This document shows, piece after piece, positions 24,391-37,816 of a stretch of 64,000 bases of DNA. The stretch is from Hydrolagus affinis (lineage: Eukaryota): NCBI GenBank assembly GCA_012026655.1, contig JAAILG010001386.1:1-64000 (forward strand), given 5' to 3'. A program made the position numbers and the translations under genes. The number at the start of each line of letters is the position of its first letter. Within the stretch, counting starts at the first letter, position 1. The notes under the pieces were generated by a model, which worked only from the letters and a program-made list of their open reading frames with translations, searched no databases and was not told the origin of the DNA.

Positions 24391-27300
24391 ATGAAATTCA
24401 GGAACTATTTGACCCCAATTTCCTGAGTACATAATGCACTGGAGATATGGGAGAACAAAAGCTAAATTAGGCTTTCTTAAATTACACATCATTTGCATTC
24501 ACTTACTCAATCAATTATTGATGAAATGTTAAATTCCAAATCTATTACTGGTACATGACAGGCTGAAATATGCAACTTGTTTTAATTTGTTAATTAAATG
24601 CTAGCATAATTGATAATCGATTTATGTTTCTTCACTTTAGTCCCAAAACACTAAAGAAATGTTTTGTTTGATTCCAAATGTTGCAGCTTTAATCAATTGC
24701 TTATCAAAAAATTGCTGTGTGCATATTTTGCTACTGCTACACATCACACAGGCAAGGAAAAGAAAATTGGTTTTGCATTTCATTCTTTAGTTTGCATGTA
24801 ATTTAGCCATTAGAAATAAAGACTTGCAGGTTTTTGAAATTAACTGTAGTGTGTCCACTGTTTCACTTGAATTTACAGCAGATGTTTATATTTCTTTAAC
24901 TTTGTAAGAATTTGGGGAATAATTTTGACACGTCTCACTTTTTAGTTGCCTGATTCAGTATTGCTGGAACATTCCTGTGGCTCTAGAGCATTCTTTGATA
25001 ACTCTTTAGAAAGGTTAAATATTGAAACATTATGCATCAAATTATTTGTGTTGTTGTAGTGTAATAGAAAGCAAATGTACAACACCCTTTTAACATTATA
25101 AGCCGCTCACTAGTGTGTTATGTCAGTTATATGGTTGCTGGCCCTTGGCTTCAGTTTTTTTCCATGTTGCACATTCTGTTGTTATGAAACAAGAGAGTAC
25201 CTCATCATAGCATGCAAGATGTTGGCCACCCCAAAATGCCACTGCAATAGTGGTACAGTGCAGTTTGATTATTGCAAAGGAAATTTGGTTCTCAAAGGAC
25301 TAATCTTTATTAAATAATCATCAATCATCATTACTCGTGATTTACTAAGGAAATTTGGTGTATTTGTAGAAAACTAGGGATATAATATTACTTTTATTTC
25401 TACACCAATGATGAGCGGAAATCCACACCAAAACTACAAATGTATTCATGCTTAAACAATGTTACTGATGTGAATTTATATGAAACCCAAAGACTGAAAT
25501 ACCTTCTAGTCTTAGCCTGTAAGTCCTTTTTGTCTTGAAAAGCATAGAATTGTGGACATTTTCAGCTGTTGATTACTTTCCAGTAAATAAATACTTTCTG
25601 GTTTCTCCCCAAAATTTACCCCCTTTTTATAGTGAAGCTGCTGTGCTGTCTTATCCTGCTTCCCTGGCCTATCTAGACTTTTAAATTAAGGTAGTATTCG
25701 AGCATAGTGAAGTAGTGGATGTTTCATCAGTTGTTTGTTTGGCTACCGAACAGACATTTGGACAACCATCTTAGGGGAAAGGGATAAAATCTAACAGTAC
25801 CAGCTCATTGTTATAAAATACCATTTTCATCTCAACAGTGTTGGAGAGAACCGGTCATTGCTGATGGATAATTCTACACATAAGGCTACCTCACTGACGA
25901 GATCGCTTTGTGCTCCCAACACAACACAACACACATGTGCCATTGAGAAAACAGTGATAGAGAAATTGAAGAAAAAGCACCAAAAATTAGAATTAAAGAT
26001 ACTATATGGGAAAACTGGTAAAGAAAATAATTTACATTTCTAAAGTCTCCTAGTGCAACAAAATACCATTATCCTTGCTTGGGGGAGGGGAAAAGAGGCA
26101 AGCGGGATCTCCATTGGAGCTGAGGCAAGGAATGTCAAAATCGAGACAGACTTCTGTGACCCTCAGTTACTTCTGCAGGAAGGTCTGCAGTACTCCATGG
26201 TACAACCAGTCTGGCTCCATGACAGGACTTGGAGAGGCGGACTGTAGAGTCCAAAGATAAACGGCATTCCATGTCACCAGTTATGATGTCAATGTTGCTC
26301 CTGAGCTGACTTTCCTGAAGCATCAGCTGATCAGAACCTGAGTTGACCTCCATCCTTGGTACCCATTGGACATGATTGCACTGGCATCAAAACTGGTAAA
26401 GACCCATGGAGCCTACAAGCCCATTGTCACTTCTGTGCAGGAGCGATATTCCATAAAAAGAATAGAAAATGAGTACAATTCCTTTGGGAAGGACAATTTC
26501 CAAAGTCCATGGCAACAAAAGGACTCAAGTTCAATTAATCAACACACTTAATGGAATACTTTTGTACAAACTGCTCCATAACACGTTTGTGTAAAACCAG
26601 ATGTTTCTGAGCCTATTTGAAACAGCAAGGGTCTTTTCTTGGCCAATACCTTTACACTCCATTGCTTTGCACGAAAGTTTGTGTTTGCAATGACCTTGAT
26701 TAAATAGAAACAAAAGATTTTATTGGTACCATCTGGACTCTTCTATTTAGGGTTTCATTACAGTTGATGATTGCCTCCAGGGACGCTGCTAGAGACTTGC
26801 TTCAATTTTGACAGAGCCATAGAAATGTGGTCTGCTTTCTCTTAGAATAAAATTATGACTAACAGTTGCAATTATTCTTTGCTATGTCTTTTTTTTAATA
26901 TATATATAAATGTGAAAAGTAGATCTTGCAGCAAAGGGATTGGGTTAGTTTCGTCACTTCATTTCATCCCTGTGCCTCGCTTGGGTCTTTCACAACGAAC
27001 ATAAATCCAAAGCAAGGGCTAATTACTTGGGCATGTACTGAGTTAGCAGACTATTTTAATGGAGTACTTTGCATGCTAGAAGGGAGGAGAAACGTCCTAA
27101 TACCTCTCCCTTCTCTCTGTTTCAATCTGTTCACAGTGGCTGGTGTGCTCGAGGACATGGACTGTAGACCTTTGCTGAGATCACTTTAATTGATTATAAA
27201 ATCTGCATCTGTTAGCCAGATGGGGGGATGGATTTTTGTGTGGGCAAATTTTAAAAAATGATTAACAACAGTTATCACTTATAATGACATTTACCAGATC

Positions 27301-27499
27301 TTCAAATTGTGTCAATGCAACAATACATAACATATTCAGAACACTTGCACATAACTCACAATGTGAGACTGGCTATATAATGCATTGTTTTTTTCAAACA
27401 AAAATCCAGAAAATTGTGAGAAGCTTTTCCTCCTGTGTGATGATGTTAGACAGTTTTAATTTCCACCTTAATATCTACCTCTTCGAATGTGCCGATTGC

Positions 27500-27832
27500 T
27501 CATCTTCCTTTCCTTCCAAAACAAGAGGACATTGTCTTAAAATTAGAATCAGGCCATTTAAGAGTGAAATCAGGAACCTTTTTCTAACACAAATGGTGGT
27601 AGAAATCTGGAATTCTCTCCCCCCAAAGATCGTGGATGCTGGATCATCCACACCTTCAAGAGTGAGGTTGATCAATTTTTGGTAGGTCAGGATAATAAGG
27701 GATATGGGGAGAAAGCGGGAAATTGGAATTGAAAGGATTAATAGAGATACAGATCAGTCATGATCTAATTAAATGGTGGAACAAGCTCCATGGGCTGAAT
27801 GGCCTATTTCTATTCCTGTGTTCCTATGTTCC
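27500..27832 (+). mobile_element. CR1 3' end
   Basis: KTRGHCLKI...FLTQMVVEIWNSLP; 3' UTR gggctgaatggcct and ttcctgtgttcctatgttcc tail. Confidence 0.9.
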
Positions 27833-28187
27833 CTTGGTATCTAAACCCCACCACTGTGCAGTGTTCAAACGCTATCCTGCATGAAGGATACTAAACTAAT
27901 GCAAATGTTCTAAAGATTCACCATCATCATTATTTATTAACACGTGATGAATCTTAGCAATAATAATCCCTACATTTTGTAAAGCTGTTTTCACGTCAGG
28001 AGGTCATGTCAAAGTGCTTCAAAGGATATACTGCAAAGTGTAGTGTCTGTATAGTTGTAGGTGAACTCAACATCTTATCTGAAGGACGGAGAACCTTCCA
28101 GTAATGCAGCTCCTCACTCAGCAATGCCGTGCAACATCAAGCATGCATTAGATAATGAGTTCAAAATCCCAACATGAGGATTGAACC

Positions 28188-28890
28188 AATAATAACAATA
28201 ACAAATTACATTTGTTTACGCCTTTCACATCAGGAGGACATACCAAGGTGCTGCACACTCAAGGATTTGTACCCGAGCAAGTATTTGGGATTAAGAGGAG
28301 TAGAGGGTGGGGATGGTAGGAAAGTGACCGAAGATGCAGTTGAACAGAAGGGTCTTGAGACGTGTCATAGGAAGCATGGGAGGAAGCAAGGCAAAAGGAT
28401 TGTCGGGTTGAGTTCCAAAATGTGGGATCAGAGAGGCTGAAACCAGATCGCCAAGGGTGTGACGGGCCGGATGGGGGAAGTGAAGCAGGCCTGAGCCTAC
28501 TGAACAGAGGGCAGAGAGTGGACTGGTTAATTTGAGTTCAGCAGTTCACAGAGGTGGGAAGGAGCAAAGCCGTTGAGGATTTCGAAGACGAGGATTTTGA
28601 ACTATCCTCTGGGGGATGGGGAAATGAGCTGCAGAATTCTGGATGATTTACAGATTGTGCAGGGTAGATTTGGGAAGACCGACAAGATGGAGTTGGTGTA
28701 GTCAAGCCTAAGTGTAACAAATGTGTGTATGAGGGTTTTGGTGGCCTGAGGAGGTGAGGCAGTGGCGGAGTTGGGCAATGTTGCATAGGTGGCGGAACGC
28801 AGAGCAGGTCATAGCTTGGATATGGGATAGAAAGTTTACAAACCCTTTCGACTCAGAAATGAGAGTGCTACAAATTGAACTAGGCTGACA
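28188..28890 (-). mobile_element. L2 LINE 3' fragment
   Basis: (aac)-type tail plus reverse-strand coding similarity to the L2 RT C-terminal region; colinear with 53788-54597. Confidence 0.8.
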
Positions 28891-31749
28891 CAATGTTTGT
28901 TAATATTCACCACTGTCCTCACTTGTATTCATCACTCCCAATATGAAATATAGGAACAAATCTTCAGTAACATTGCCATCTGTCATTTTGAAACTGCTCT
29001 GAAGCACAAGCTCCCAAGTCACGAAAACGTGATAAATTCCAAGAGATCTTCGAAATTGCTCTATATGACAGGTGGGAAGAAGCAGAAAAACCTCACTGAG
29101 CTCTTACAGATGTAATTGCTATTTCATTTTCAGCAGCACCACGATTACAGCAAACAAAAGATCCCATCAGAAACTCTCACCATAACATATTACAAGTCAG
29201 TCACTGACAGCGAGAATAAAATCCAGTCCGGTGCAGCGGATGAGTCTCGTATTCCTCCAAAGATGAGAGATCAATGGCCTGCCTTACTTCAGTAGTATGT
29301 AGGCCATATGTTTGCATACAAAAATACACAGTCACTACATATAACACGAGTGATTGTGAATTGTTTTGAGACCTTTCGATATTCAGGTGTTATATAAGAA
29401 TTATTATACATTATGATGACCAATTTACCCGAAGAGCTGCCTAACCTCTTCTGGCCTAAATGTATCAATCAGACTGATGGTGAAGTATGGCACAAATACA
29501 CTCCAAACATTAATCTCAGAAACTCTGTAATTACTCAAATCAAAGGCAGGCCTGAATCTAAGGCAGATATTAGAGGGTTTAGGGTGAACAAAATATTTTT
29601 CTGCAATTTTGTGGTACCACTTCTTGCAAGGTGCATTTTAATGAAAATAGCATAATTAGCACAAAGATGCTAATTGAACACATGCAAATTTGTTCCTAAT
29701 TAGACTTAGTCTGACATCACCTCTTACCTCAGTATTGTACTCACTGCTCTCAGTCTCTGATTTAGATATCTGCTTCTTTAGATCAGCTATGAATAAAAAT
29801 ACATAGAAAAACAACTATAAAGCCATTTCCTGATCTAGGCTATAGAAATGCTGGAATATTGGGATTTCTCAGTAGTGTAAACATTGGGATTTCTCTGCTA
29901 TTTCTGAGGTCAAACTCAGTTCCTGTGTGTTTTGTCATCAGCTGATCTGGTAGAGAGTCTGGGCTGTATCAAAAACTCAAAAACTGATCACAAAGGAAAG
30001 ATAAGGAAACATTATGCCATTTCTAATTGAGGAATAAATAAGGTGATAAAATCAAGGAACGCTGTTAAGGAACACTGCAAACTTTACTTCACTGTTGGAG
30101 GATGGATTAGGAATACTATACTTGTTTTCATTCTGGAGAAGTCATTTGGGTATTTTGGCAGCAGAAATATGTTCGCCCACAAATATACAGTCAATTCACT
30201 TTACAGTTCATTCTGTGATACACTTTGAGATGTCCAGAAGATGCGAAAAAGCACTATATCAAATGCAAGGATTATTATTATGTATTTTCAATCGAAACTT
30301 CATCATTATCATAATATACATGCACTGGTTCTACATAGGTTTTGTCTCAAGCTACTCAGAGACAAAGTTGTCAATTTCATATTGAGAGTTCAAGCAAGTT
30401 TTCAGGCTCCTGATACATTTCATCAACTAAGATATCTGTGGTTTAACTCCGTTAAATTGTCAGACAAGTAAAAGAGGGAACTGGGTTATTGTTCAGGAAA
30501 TTTGAGGCTGAATATAATGCTTGAATCATTTACTCTTTTAAAGGCGTGTTGTCTTATTATTACACTTTGGCTATAATCATCCATAAAAAAATTATCCTAA
30601 AAAACTGCAACTATACTCTTTCAAAATTAGTAATACTGCTTGTATTGATATGCAAAATAAATTTGCTATCTGGCTTTAGCAGCAGCTTTTGTCCACTTCA
30701 GATTGAAAAGTGATACAATATTAGCAATATAAAGCAGCTATACCAACTGAAAGGATTGTTATTATCAATAATAATACAAAATAGGAAAAGCAGAATAGCA
30801 TTGAACATTTGATTACTTTAATAACTATATAAAGATTTTAAACATTGAAGAGGAATTAGTTGGACGGACTGCACCAGAGCCTCACTATTTTAGATTTGTC
30901 ATACCTTGAAAGCTCAATGTGCTTCTGCAGCAAAGGATTTTGTTATGATCATTAACATTATTACATTAATTGTCGTACTGGCCTTAGCATTATGTCCCTT
31001 TCTTTGCTAATGCACCTTTAACAAAGCCTTTAAATTAGGTTATTCTTCTATAAGGTTAATGCAAGTCTTAAAATTACCCTGACAGGCTTTGAAAGGGAAA
31101 AAAGGTCTGAAGAGATGAGCAGCATTCTGCTATACTGCAATCTCAGACAATTTAGAGTGGTGCAATAAATTAGTTGTTATTGTATTATTCAAGAAAGGTT
31201 TCATCTAATTTGAATTAGAGTCTCGTTTTTCATTTCTCTTTTATACTATTAGGGATGCACCAGTTAGTTGATAAATAAGTTGTTAATTGACTATAAGTGT
31301 AGTCAGCCAATGTTTTGATGGTTCAATCATATTATCCCCACCAGCTTTACAAATTAATTGATTGCATTTTGTCTTCTTGCTAATTTACCATTAAGTCACA
31401 GGCAGCTGGTGTCATTCTCCTTGCAAACGTTATTCATAATCTCATGGACACAACAGGCATTGTTTCAAATTTCTACAAATAGTTCATATGGAAAGAAATA
31501 TCTCTCTTCACAGCACTCACTATCCCGAGTAATTCCTATGGGCAAGCAATACAATATTGCCATTTCAGATTGTTTGTGTTATCGAACGGTATAAATGTGT
31601 ACCATGGGAGGGGAGAGAGAGGAGAAAAGAGAGGGGAGTGGAATAAGCCACGCTTACATACCCTGCAGCAAGGCAAGTATAGACATCTGGAAGTTATATT
31701 TTTTTTTAAAAATTCCTCCTCCTCTCCGGAAGACACAAACTCACATAGA

Positions 31750-31932
31750 GCTCCAGTTTCACGGGTTCAATACCTCCTATTGCTTCTTTCACATTGAAGC
31801 GCTCCCAACCCCAACTGTTCCACTTTGGATCAAGGGCACACCTGAAATATTATCTTTCTTTTTCAGCTGTTGGTTGATCCGTGCTGGATTTCCAACAGTT
31901 TTTGGCCTATTTTCAGATTTCCAGCATCTGCC
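31750..31932 (+). mobile_element. Decayed Penelope-like terminal repeat
   Basis: attttcagatttccagcatctgc matches the repeat at 62330-62360 (reverse); upstream LQFHGFN resembles the LxPxGLN end of Penelope ORFs. Confidence 0.5.
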
Positions 31933-33286
31933 TTTATCTCTTCAATTCTATGGGCCTGCTGCCTGCTGCTACCTTGTTTATGTTATCAATGATTGTGCAT
32001 ATTTACAAACCACCCACAGTCTATTTCATTATAACAGCTTTTAGATCCTGTCCAATCCTGTCCTCAAAAAACTATTTTCCAACAAGAGGTTCTGGAAAGC
32101 AACCAGAAACATATGATATCATACTTCCCCACATGAAGGGCGATACTAAAATGTAAATTGTTGTTTTAGTTGTAGTGGAGACAGTGAGTGAGGTAAGAGT
32201 CAAACCAGGAAAGGACAGATCTGCGGAGATTGAGCTGGGAGGAGAGGCGGTGTAGGAGGATGGAGTGGTCGACAGTGTCGAAGGCAGCAGAGGGGTCAAG
32301 GAGGACAAGGAGGCAGACAGAGCCCTAATCACAGATGTTTAAAAAGTTGTCAGAGAATTTAAAGGGGTTCAAAGAGGGTATGGCAAGAAAGGAAATGAAA
32401 GGTAGAAGAAAACATGGGGTACCAACACTTTGTGGAGATCCTGTTGAACAGAATTTATATCTAATTCCCCTTTTCTGATTGATTGCGGGTTGCCACTGGA
32501 GGCAGATGCAACAACCATAGGTGTCTGAAAAACTTTAAACTTTAGGTGTATTGTAACCCTAGATCATACTGAGTATAGACATAAATGGTATTTTTCTCTC
32601 TGTTTTTATAACAGATTTCCAGTATTCTGTTACTGAGAATGGATAGCAGCACACTGAGATCAATGCTCCTCAGGATTTTGCTGTCCAACCACCTTCCCTA
32701 CTCCATGCCCTTTCACACATTAGAAGTGATTACCAAGGTGATGTTTACAAACAATGTCACCTTTCAAGAAATGGAGATGGATGGACACATCTTGGTTAAT
32801 CTTTCTTGGCAGCAGATTGATTTGTGTTTATTGGAGCTAAATATAACATGCCAAATATCTGCTCAATGTCCAATTCAGTGTGTACTTCTGTGTAATGATT
32901 TGGTAAACCACTTGTGTTTCAATTGTTCTGCACACTCCCATACTATTACTTGTGGTGACATAAACCATTTTTGTTCAGGAAGAGGCAAAGTAAAGTTAAT
33001 CCAAGCACAATTCCCTTAAAGGTTTCCAATTATAGAACAACCCACCATATCTTTTGTGATCCCACTGGGACAATTCCACCTCCTGAACCACCCCTTCCTG
33101 TATCCTTTGTCATGCATTTAGTTTATTGCACCGGCCAAGCAAATCTATTCCTTTGGTTATAGTTAAATGCTCTGCAGGTTAGATAATAAGTAACAGCAAT
33201 AACCATTCACATAGTTATCTTCAGAGAATTTATAAAGTAGTGTATGATGTTTTTCAATTTGGGGATTAATCAAGATGGATTCAACA

Positions 33287-33730
33287 TAACAACAACTTGC
33301 ACTTATATAGCACCCTCCACGCCGGGTAGAGTCTCAGAGGACATAACAGTAGTGGGGCCTGACTCCAAGTCGGGGGGGATTGGGGGGAGGTGGCCATAAG
33401 GACGGTCAAAGAGAAAGGCTTTTAAGCAGGACTTGAAAATGAGGAGAGAAGGGGCAAGGCAGAGGCATTGAGGGAGAATATTCCAAAGTTTGGGGGTGTA
33501 GTGGCTAAAAGCGCAACCTCCGATAGTGGAGCAGATGGTGCGAGAGACGAGCAGGAGACCAGTGCCAGTCGAAAGGAGGCACCAGTTGATAGATTGGGGA
33601 GTGAGGAGGTCCGAGAGGTAGAGAGATGCCAGTGAGTGAGTGAGTGAGTTTCAACACGAGTGTGAGGATCTTGAAATTGATCCATTCAGTGATGGAGAGC
33701 CACTGGAGCCTGACCAGAACTGGTGAGATA
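33287..33730 (-). mobile_element. L2 LINE 3' fragment (tail type B)
   Basis: aacaacaacttgcacttatatagcaccctccacgccggg tail followed by L2 body. Confidence 0.8.
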
Positions 33731-33944
33731 ATAATTATAATAAAAGTAATCGTTGCATTTGATATAATGCTTTTTCACGTCTTCTAGAAGTCTCAAAGCG
33801 CTTCACAGCATTCACTGAAAATTTAATTGATCCAGCATCCGCAGTATTTTGTTAATTATTTATTATGTGATGTGGATTTCACTGGTCTTTTCTGGTCTGG
33901 TAGGTTTTTGTTTATTTTTTTTTAATACTGTAGTTATTTCCTTC

Positions 33945-33959
33945 CTCCTCTCTCTTTCT

Positions 33960-33991
<32 letters not shown>
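33945..33991. repeat. (CT)n microsatellite
   Basis: Direct reading. Confidence 0.95.
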
Positions 33992-33994
<3 letters not shown>

Positions 33995-34646
33995 GTTTCC
34001 ATTGTGGATGATTCATGATGTCCACTCTTTCATAACATTCAATATCACTTCCTAACCCAAAGGATAGTCAGGTCTTTGCCAACACTAGTCCACAGCCAAA
34101 TCCAGAATGTCATAAATTCATTCAGGTTCCAGTCTCTTTTCCTCCCTGTGAAATCCCTCACATCTCTCACCACTTCCGATCCTGCCATGATGTGGTCCAA
34201 CATGCTGGCCAGGTGATCTACATGTTTTCTCTGCAGTGAGGTGAGATCAAGTCCTTGTCTTTAACTGTACGTTCAGCCACTCTCCCACTTCCACCTCCCC
34301 TACCCTCCACCCCTCCTGATTCCAACACCAGTTCGCGTCCAACCCCTTAAACAAACAACATCTCGTGACATCCTTCCTTTGTTAAAGTCGTTACAAAATG
34401 CGATTTGTTGCTTATCCATTTGGGGCAGACCGGGTATCCATGGTTGTCCAGTGGAGGGTCCGTCTGGAAGGGATGGAAAGTTGAGGGTACATCCTGGGAA
34501 GTGGGTGGTCACGAGGATCCGACTGGGGGTGGTGAGCATCTGGCAATGGGGAGGGTCTGGCCGGGGACTGAGGTGCTTGAATTCAGCTTCCAAAGAAAGA
34601 ATGAAAAATTGAAAATTTTTCCACAAATCTATCCATTTTCAGTTTT

Positions 34647-34960
34647 AACAACAACAAAATTACATTTGTAGAGCACAATTTACATCGGGAGGACGTGCAA
34701 AAGTGCTGATCAGTCAGGGGTCAGGGCCTGAGTATGGTGGGAGGCAGGGTTGGAATGAGGGAGGGAAGAGAGGTAGGAGGGTGACTGAAGACTTAGTCAA
34801 AAAGGAAGGTCATGAGTTGAGCCTTGAAAGAGGAAGGTGGGGAGCAAGGCAAAGGGATTGTGGGATGGAGTTCCAAAGGGTGGGGGCAGAGAGGCTGAAA
34901 GCCAGGCCGCCAATGGTAGGGCGGGTAGGGCAGGAACATGAAGCAGACCGAAGCCTAAGA
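34647..34960 (-). mobile_element. L2 LINE 3' fragment (tail type A)
   Basis: aacaacaacaaaattacatttgtagagc tail; ggagttccaaagggtgggggcagagaggctgaaagcc. Confidence 0.8.
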
Positions 34961-35185
34961 CAGAATGATTCAACAGGCTAAGACTAATTGAGCTGTGGGT
35001 TAGTCAGCCATGTTAGAGTCAGCACGGCATTGTGGTTCCGCTCCCTCTGAGTTGCAAAACAGCTGGTCTGCTTATTGAAGCAACGTGTCTAAGATAGCAT
35101 GAATCAATCAGTTATCGAACAAATGAAGACTGCCTAGTGCAAGTAGGTATCATATGTTATGCTATATAACAATTTTGTTAACTGT

Positions 35186-35592
35186 GGAGTCCTGTAGCTC
35201 AGTGGCTCGCCTTACAACAACAACAACAAAATTACATTTATAGAGCGTCTTTCACATCGGGAGCATGTCCCAGCTGGGTAAGTGAGACAAAGTGAGAGAT
35301 TTACAAAGTGGGAGACCTGGGTTCAATTCCAGACAGGGCGAAGCTTTGGACAGGTTTCCTTATTTCATATGCCTATTAATAATCCCTAAAAAAAAATTGA
35401 TCATTTCAATCCATGCAATTGGCTGCCATGTTTCGCCCACAAAATATACAGTCACTTCACTTTACAGTATATTCTCTGAAGTGCTTCAAGATGTCCAGAA
35501 GACATGAAAAGCGCTATAACAACAACAACAAAATTTTACTTGTATAGCGCCTTTCACGTCAGGTGGACGGCCCAACGCGCTGGATTATTATT
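35186..35592 (+). mobile_element. tRNA-SINE (short subfamily) carrying two antisense L2 3'-end insertions
   Basis: Head ggagtcctgtagctcagtgg, interrupted at ~35214-35300 and ~35518-35580 by (aac)n L2 tails. Confidence 0.85.
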
Positions 35593-36728
35593 CTCTGCTG
35601 TGATTATTGTATATAGTTATCAAAATGTGACATCAGCCTCTATGCGCGAATACTCTTGGTGTTTGCTGCTTTTGTCTCAAAGCAATCGATAGTGACTGTT
35701 GAAATTCATGAACCAGCTGGAATGCTTCCACTATTGGAATACAACCACCTATTGTTGTTGGGATTAGTGGCTTTTGCCAGGTCTAGTATTTGATGGAGAA
35801 TTTCAGGCTCTTTGGTTGCTTGCATTGCTGCACATCAATATAACATTTGATATTTGGCCACAGGTTTTAGATGTTTTCTGTGAAACACATAAATGTATTA
35901 CATTCAGCGACTGATGAGATTCATTCTTTTTCCCAGCTGACTGTCTAGTTGTAAATATACATCCATTTCCCCAAGCAGTGCTGTGGTTGATATGAATCCA
36001 TATTGCCTTGTGGTTTAGATGTGACTGTACATCCAATTTCATGCAAATTAAGTATGGGTATCTGTTTGACTACCTAGCTGCCTCCTAGTGCACAGTTTAT
36101 TTGAGCAAAGTCTCTGGATCCTTTTTAAAGAATCCAAAACTGTTCTAATCTCCAAGTGGTGCTGAAACCCCAGGGTTACAGAACCTTTCTGAAAAAGTTG
36201 ACATTTTTGCAGCATCTGAGTATTTTTACTAATATAGATTGTGGAACCTTCGTAAACATTCAAACGTAAGACGGTGAGCATCAGCAGTGCTAAGCAAATA
36301 TATATCGACTTCAATTTTAAAAAAGTGCCTGGGCTGCAGATTCAAATCAAACCAGTAACAAATACAAGGACTTGATTTTTGCGGGAATAAAAATTCTCAG
36401 CATCGAATGAATAAACTGAATATCAAGTGTTTGATGTCACAAGCTGGAAAGTGAGCAGTAAAATTAATTTAGATTTTCCTCCATCCTTTTCTCCAAAGGC
36501 AAAATTACTCCCTGCATCTCACCCCAGCTTCCATCTGAACTCTATTAAGGCTAACCACACACACATTTCCCAAAAATGACTTTTACAGAAGTTAAGCCCC
36601 CAAAATAGAATGCAGAAAAGATGTTGCCAATAAACAGCTGCAGGTGGAAAGATCTTAGGGCAGACCTTTCACAGTAATGGGTAAAGTATTCCTTTCAATC
36701 CAAGCAGAGCTGTGGCATGAGCAAGCCG

Positions 36729-36729
<1 letters not shown>

Positions 36730-36762
<33 letters not shown>

Positions 36763-36776
36763 TGGGGAGAGAGAGA
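36730..36776. repeat. (GA)n microsatellite
   Basis: Direct reading. Confidence 0.95.
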
Positions 36777-37816
36777 CTTGAGGAACCCGATCACCTGTTT
36801 CTTTTTGGATAAAAAAAGAAAACAAATGCAAAATTCAGAGAGCGAACATGCATCTTGCATTTTGTCTTCACAGAGAGGGTAGATCAAAGCGTTTGTGTTA
36901 ATATGTGCAGCATCATTAGGTGAGAAGTACAAATGTAGTCTGTGCAGGTGGTCGTGGGTGGAAGTGCATGTGGGGCACCAATTAGTCTCTGCCATCTCAT
37001 CTCTGCCTGTGTTAGCAGATCAAAGGAGTTTTGTGTATCATTAGGGAGGGTAGTTGTTCATGGAGCATTTAGGAGTCAATAAAGAAAACAAAGTAATAGT
37101 GCTGGATACACCAATAACAGTAATTAATTACACATTAGTATGTCACCAAGAAAACGAGAAGTTGCATTTCACCCCCGCAACAGAGCTATAGTTTTAATAG
37201 TGTGTCTAAGAAATAGTCAGAAATTACAACACCTTTCCTCTATATAGCACTCTTCATTCAGGATAAATTAATTTCTGGGTGTTAATTTTGTGCCATTTTG
37301 TCAAAGGATTGTTGTCTCATGAAAACTGAATATCTCAACATGGTGCTTGTTGTCACAACTTGTCAATAGATAATAATTGAGTTGTTCTTTGGAGTGCTTA
37401 GATTTTCTGACATGAAGTTTTGAGTTGTCAGATTGGCTCATTCAGTGTTTATGTTAGGGAGCTGTCGTGTCAATCTGAGGGGAACAATAAGTTACTTAAC
37501 ATTGGGGTGCTCTGAAACATTTGTGTTATTTTTTCCACCCGAGTTGTTTCAAATTATTTTGCAATTTGCTTCCATAAGTGAAAATCTTGCTGGTTCATAA
37601 AGCTTACTAACCTTCAGTGCTGCCCACTTATAATGGGATTTCTGCATTATTAAATGCATGTTGTTAAAATCAGTGACTGTGAAGACCAGCAGACTAAACA
37701 TCATCCTAGTTTGGTTGAGTGGGGAAACGCTTTCATATCTGGGTGAGAGATAATGGCTTTCAACACCATCCAGGCTTAATAGGTTTAGTCTTCAACAACA
37801 ACAATAACAACAAGTT

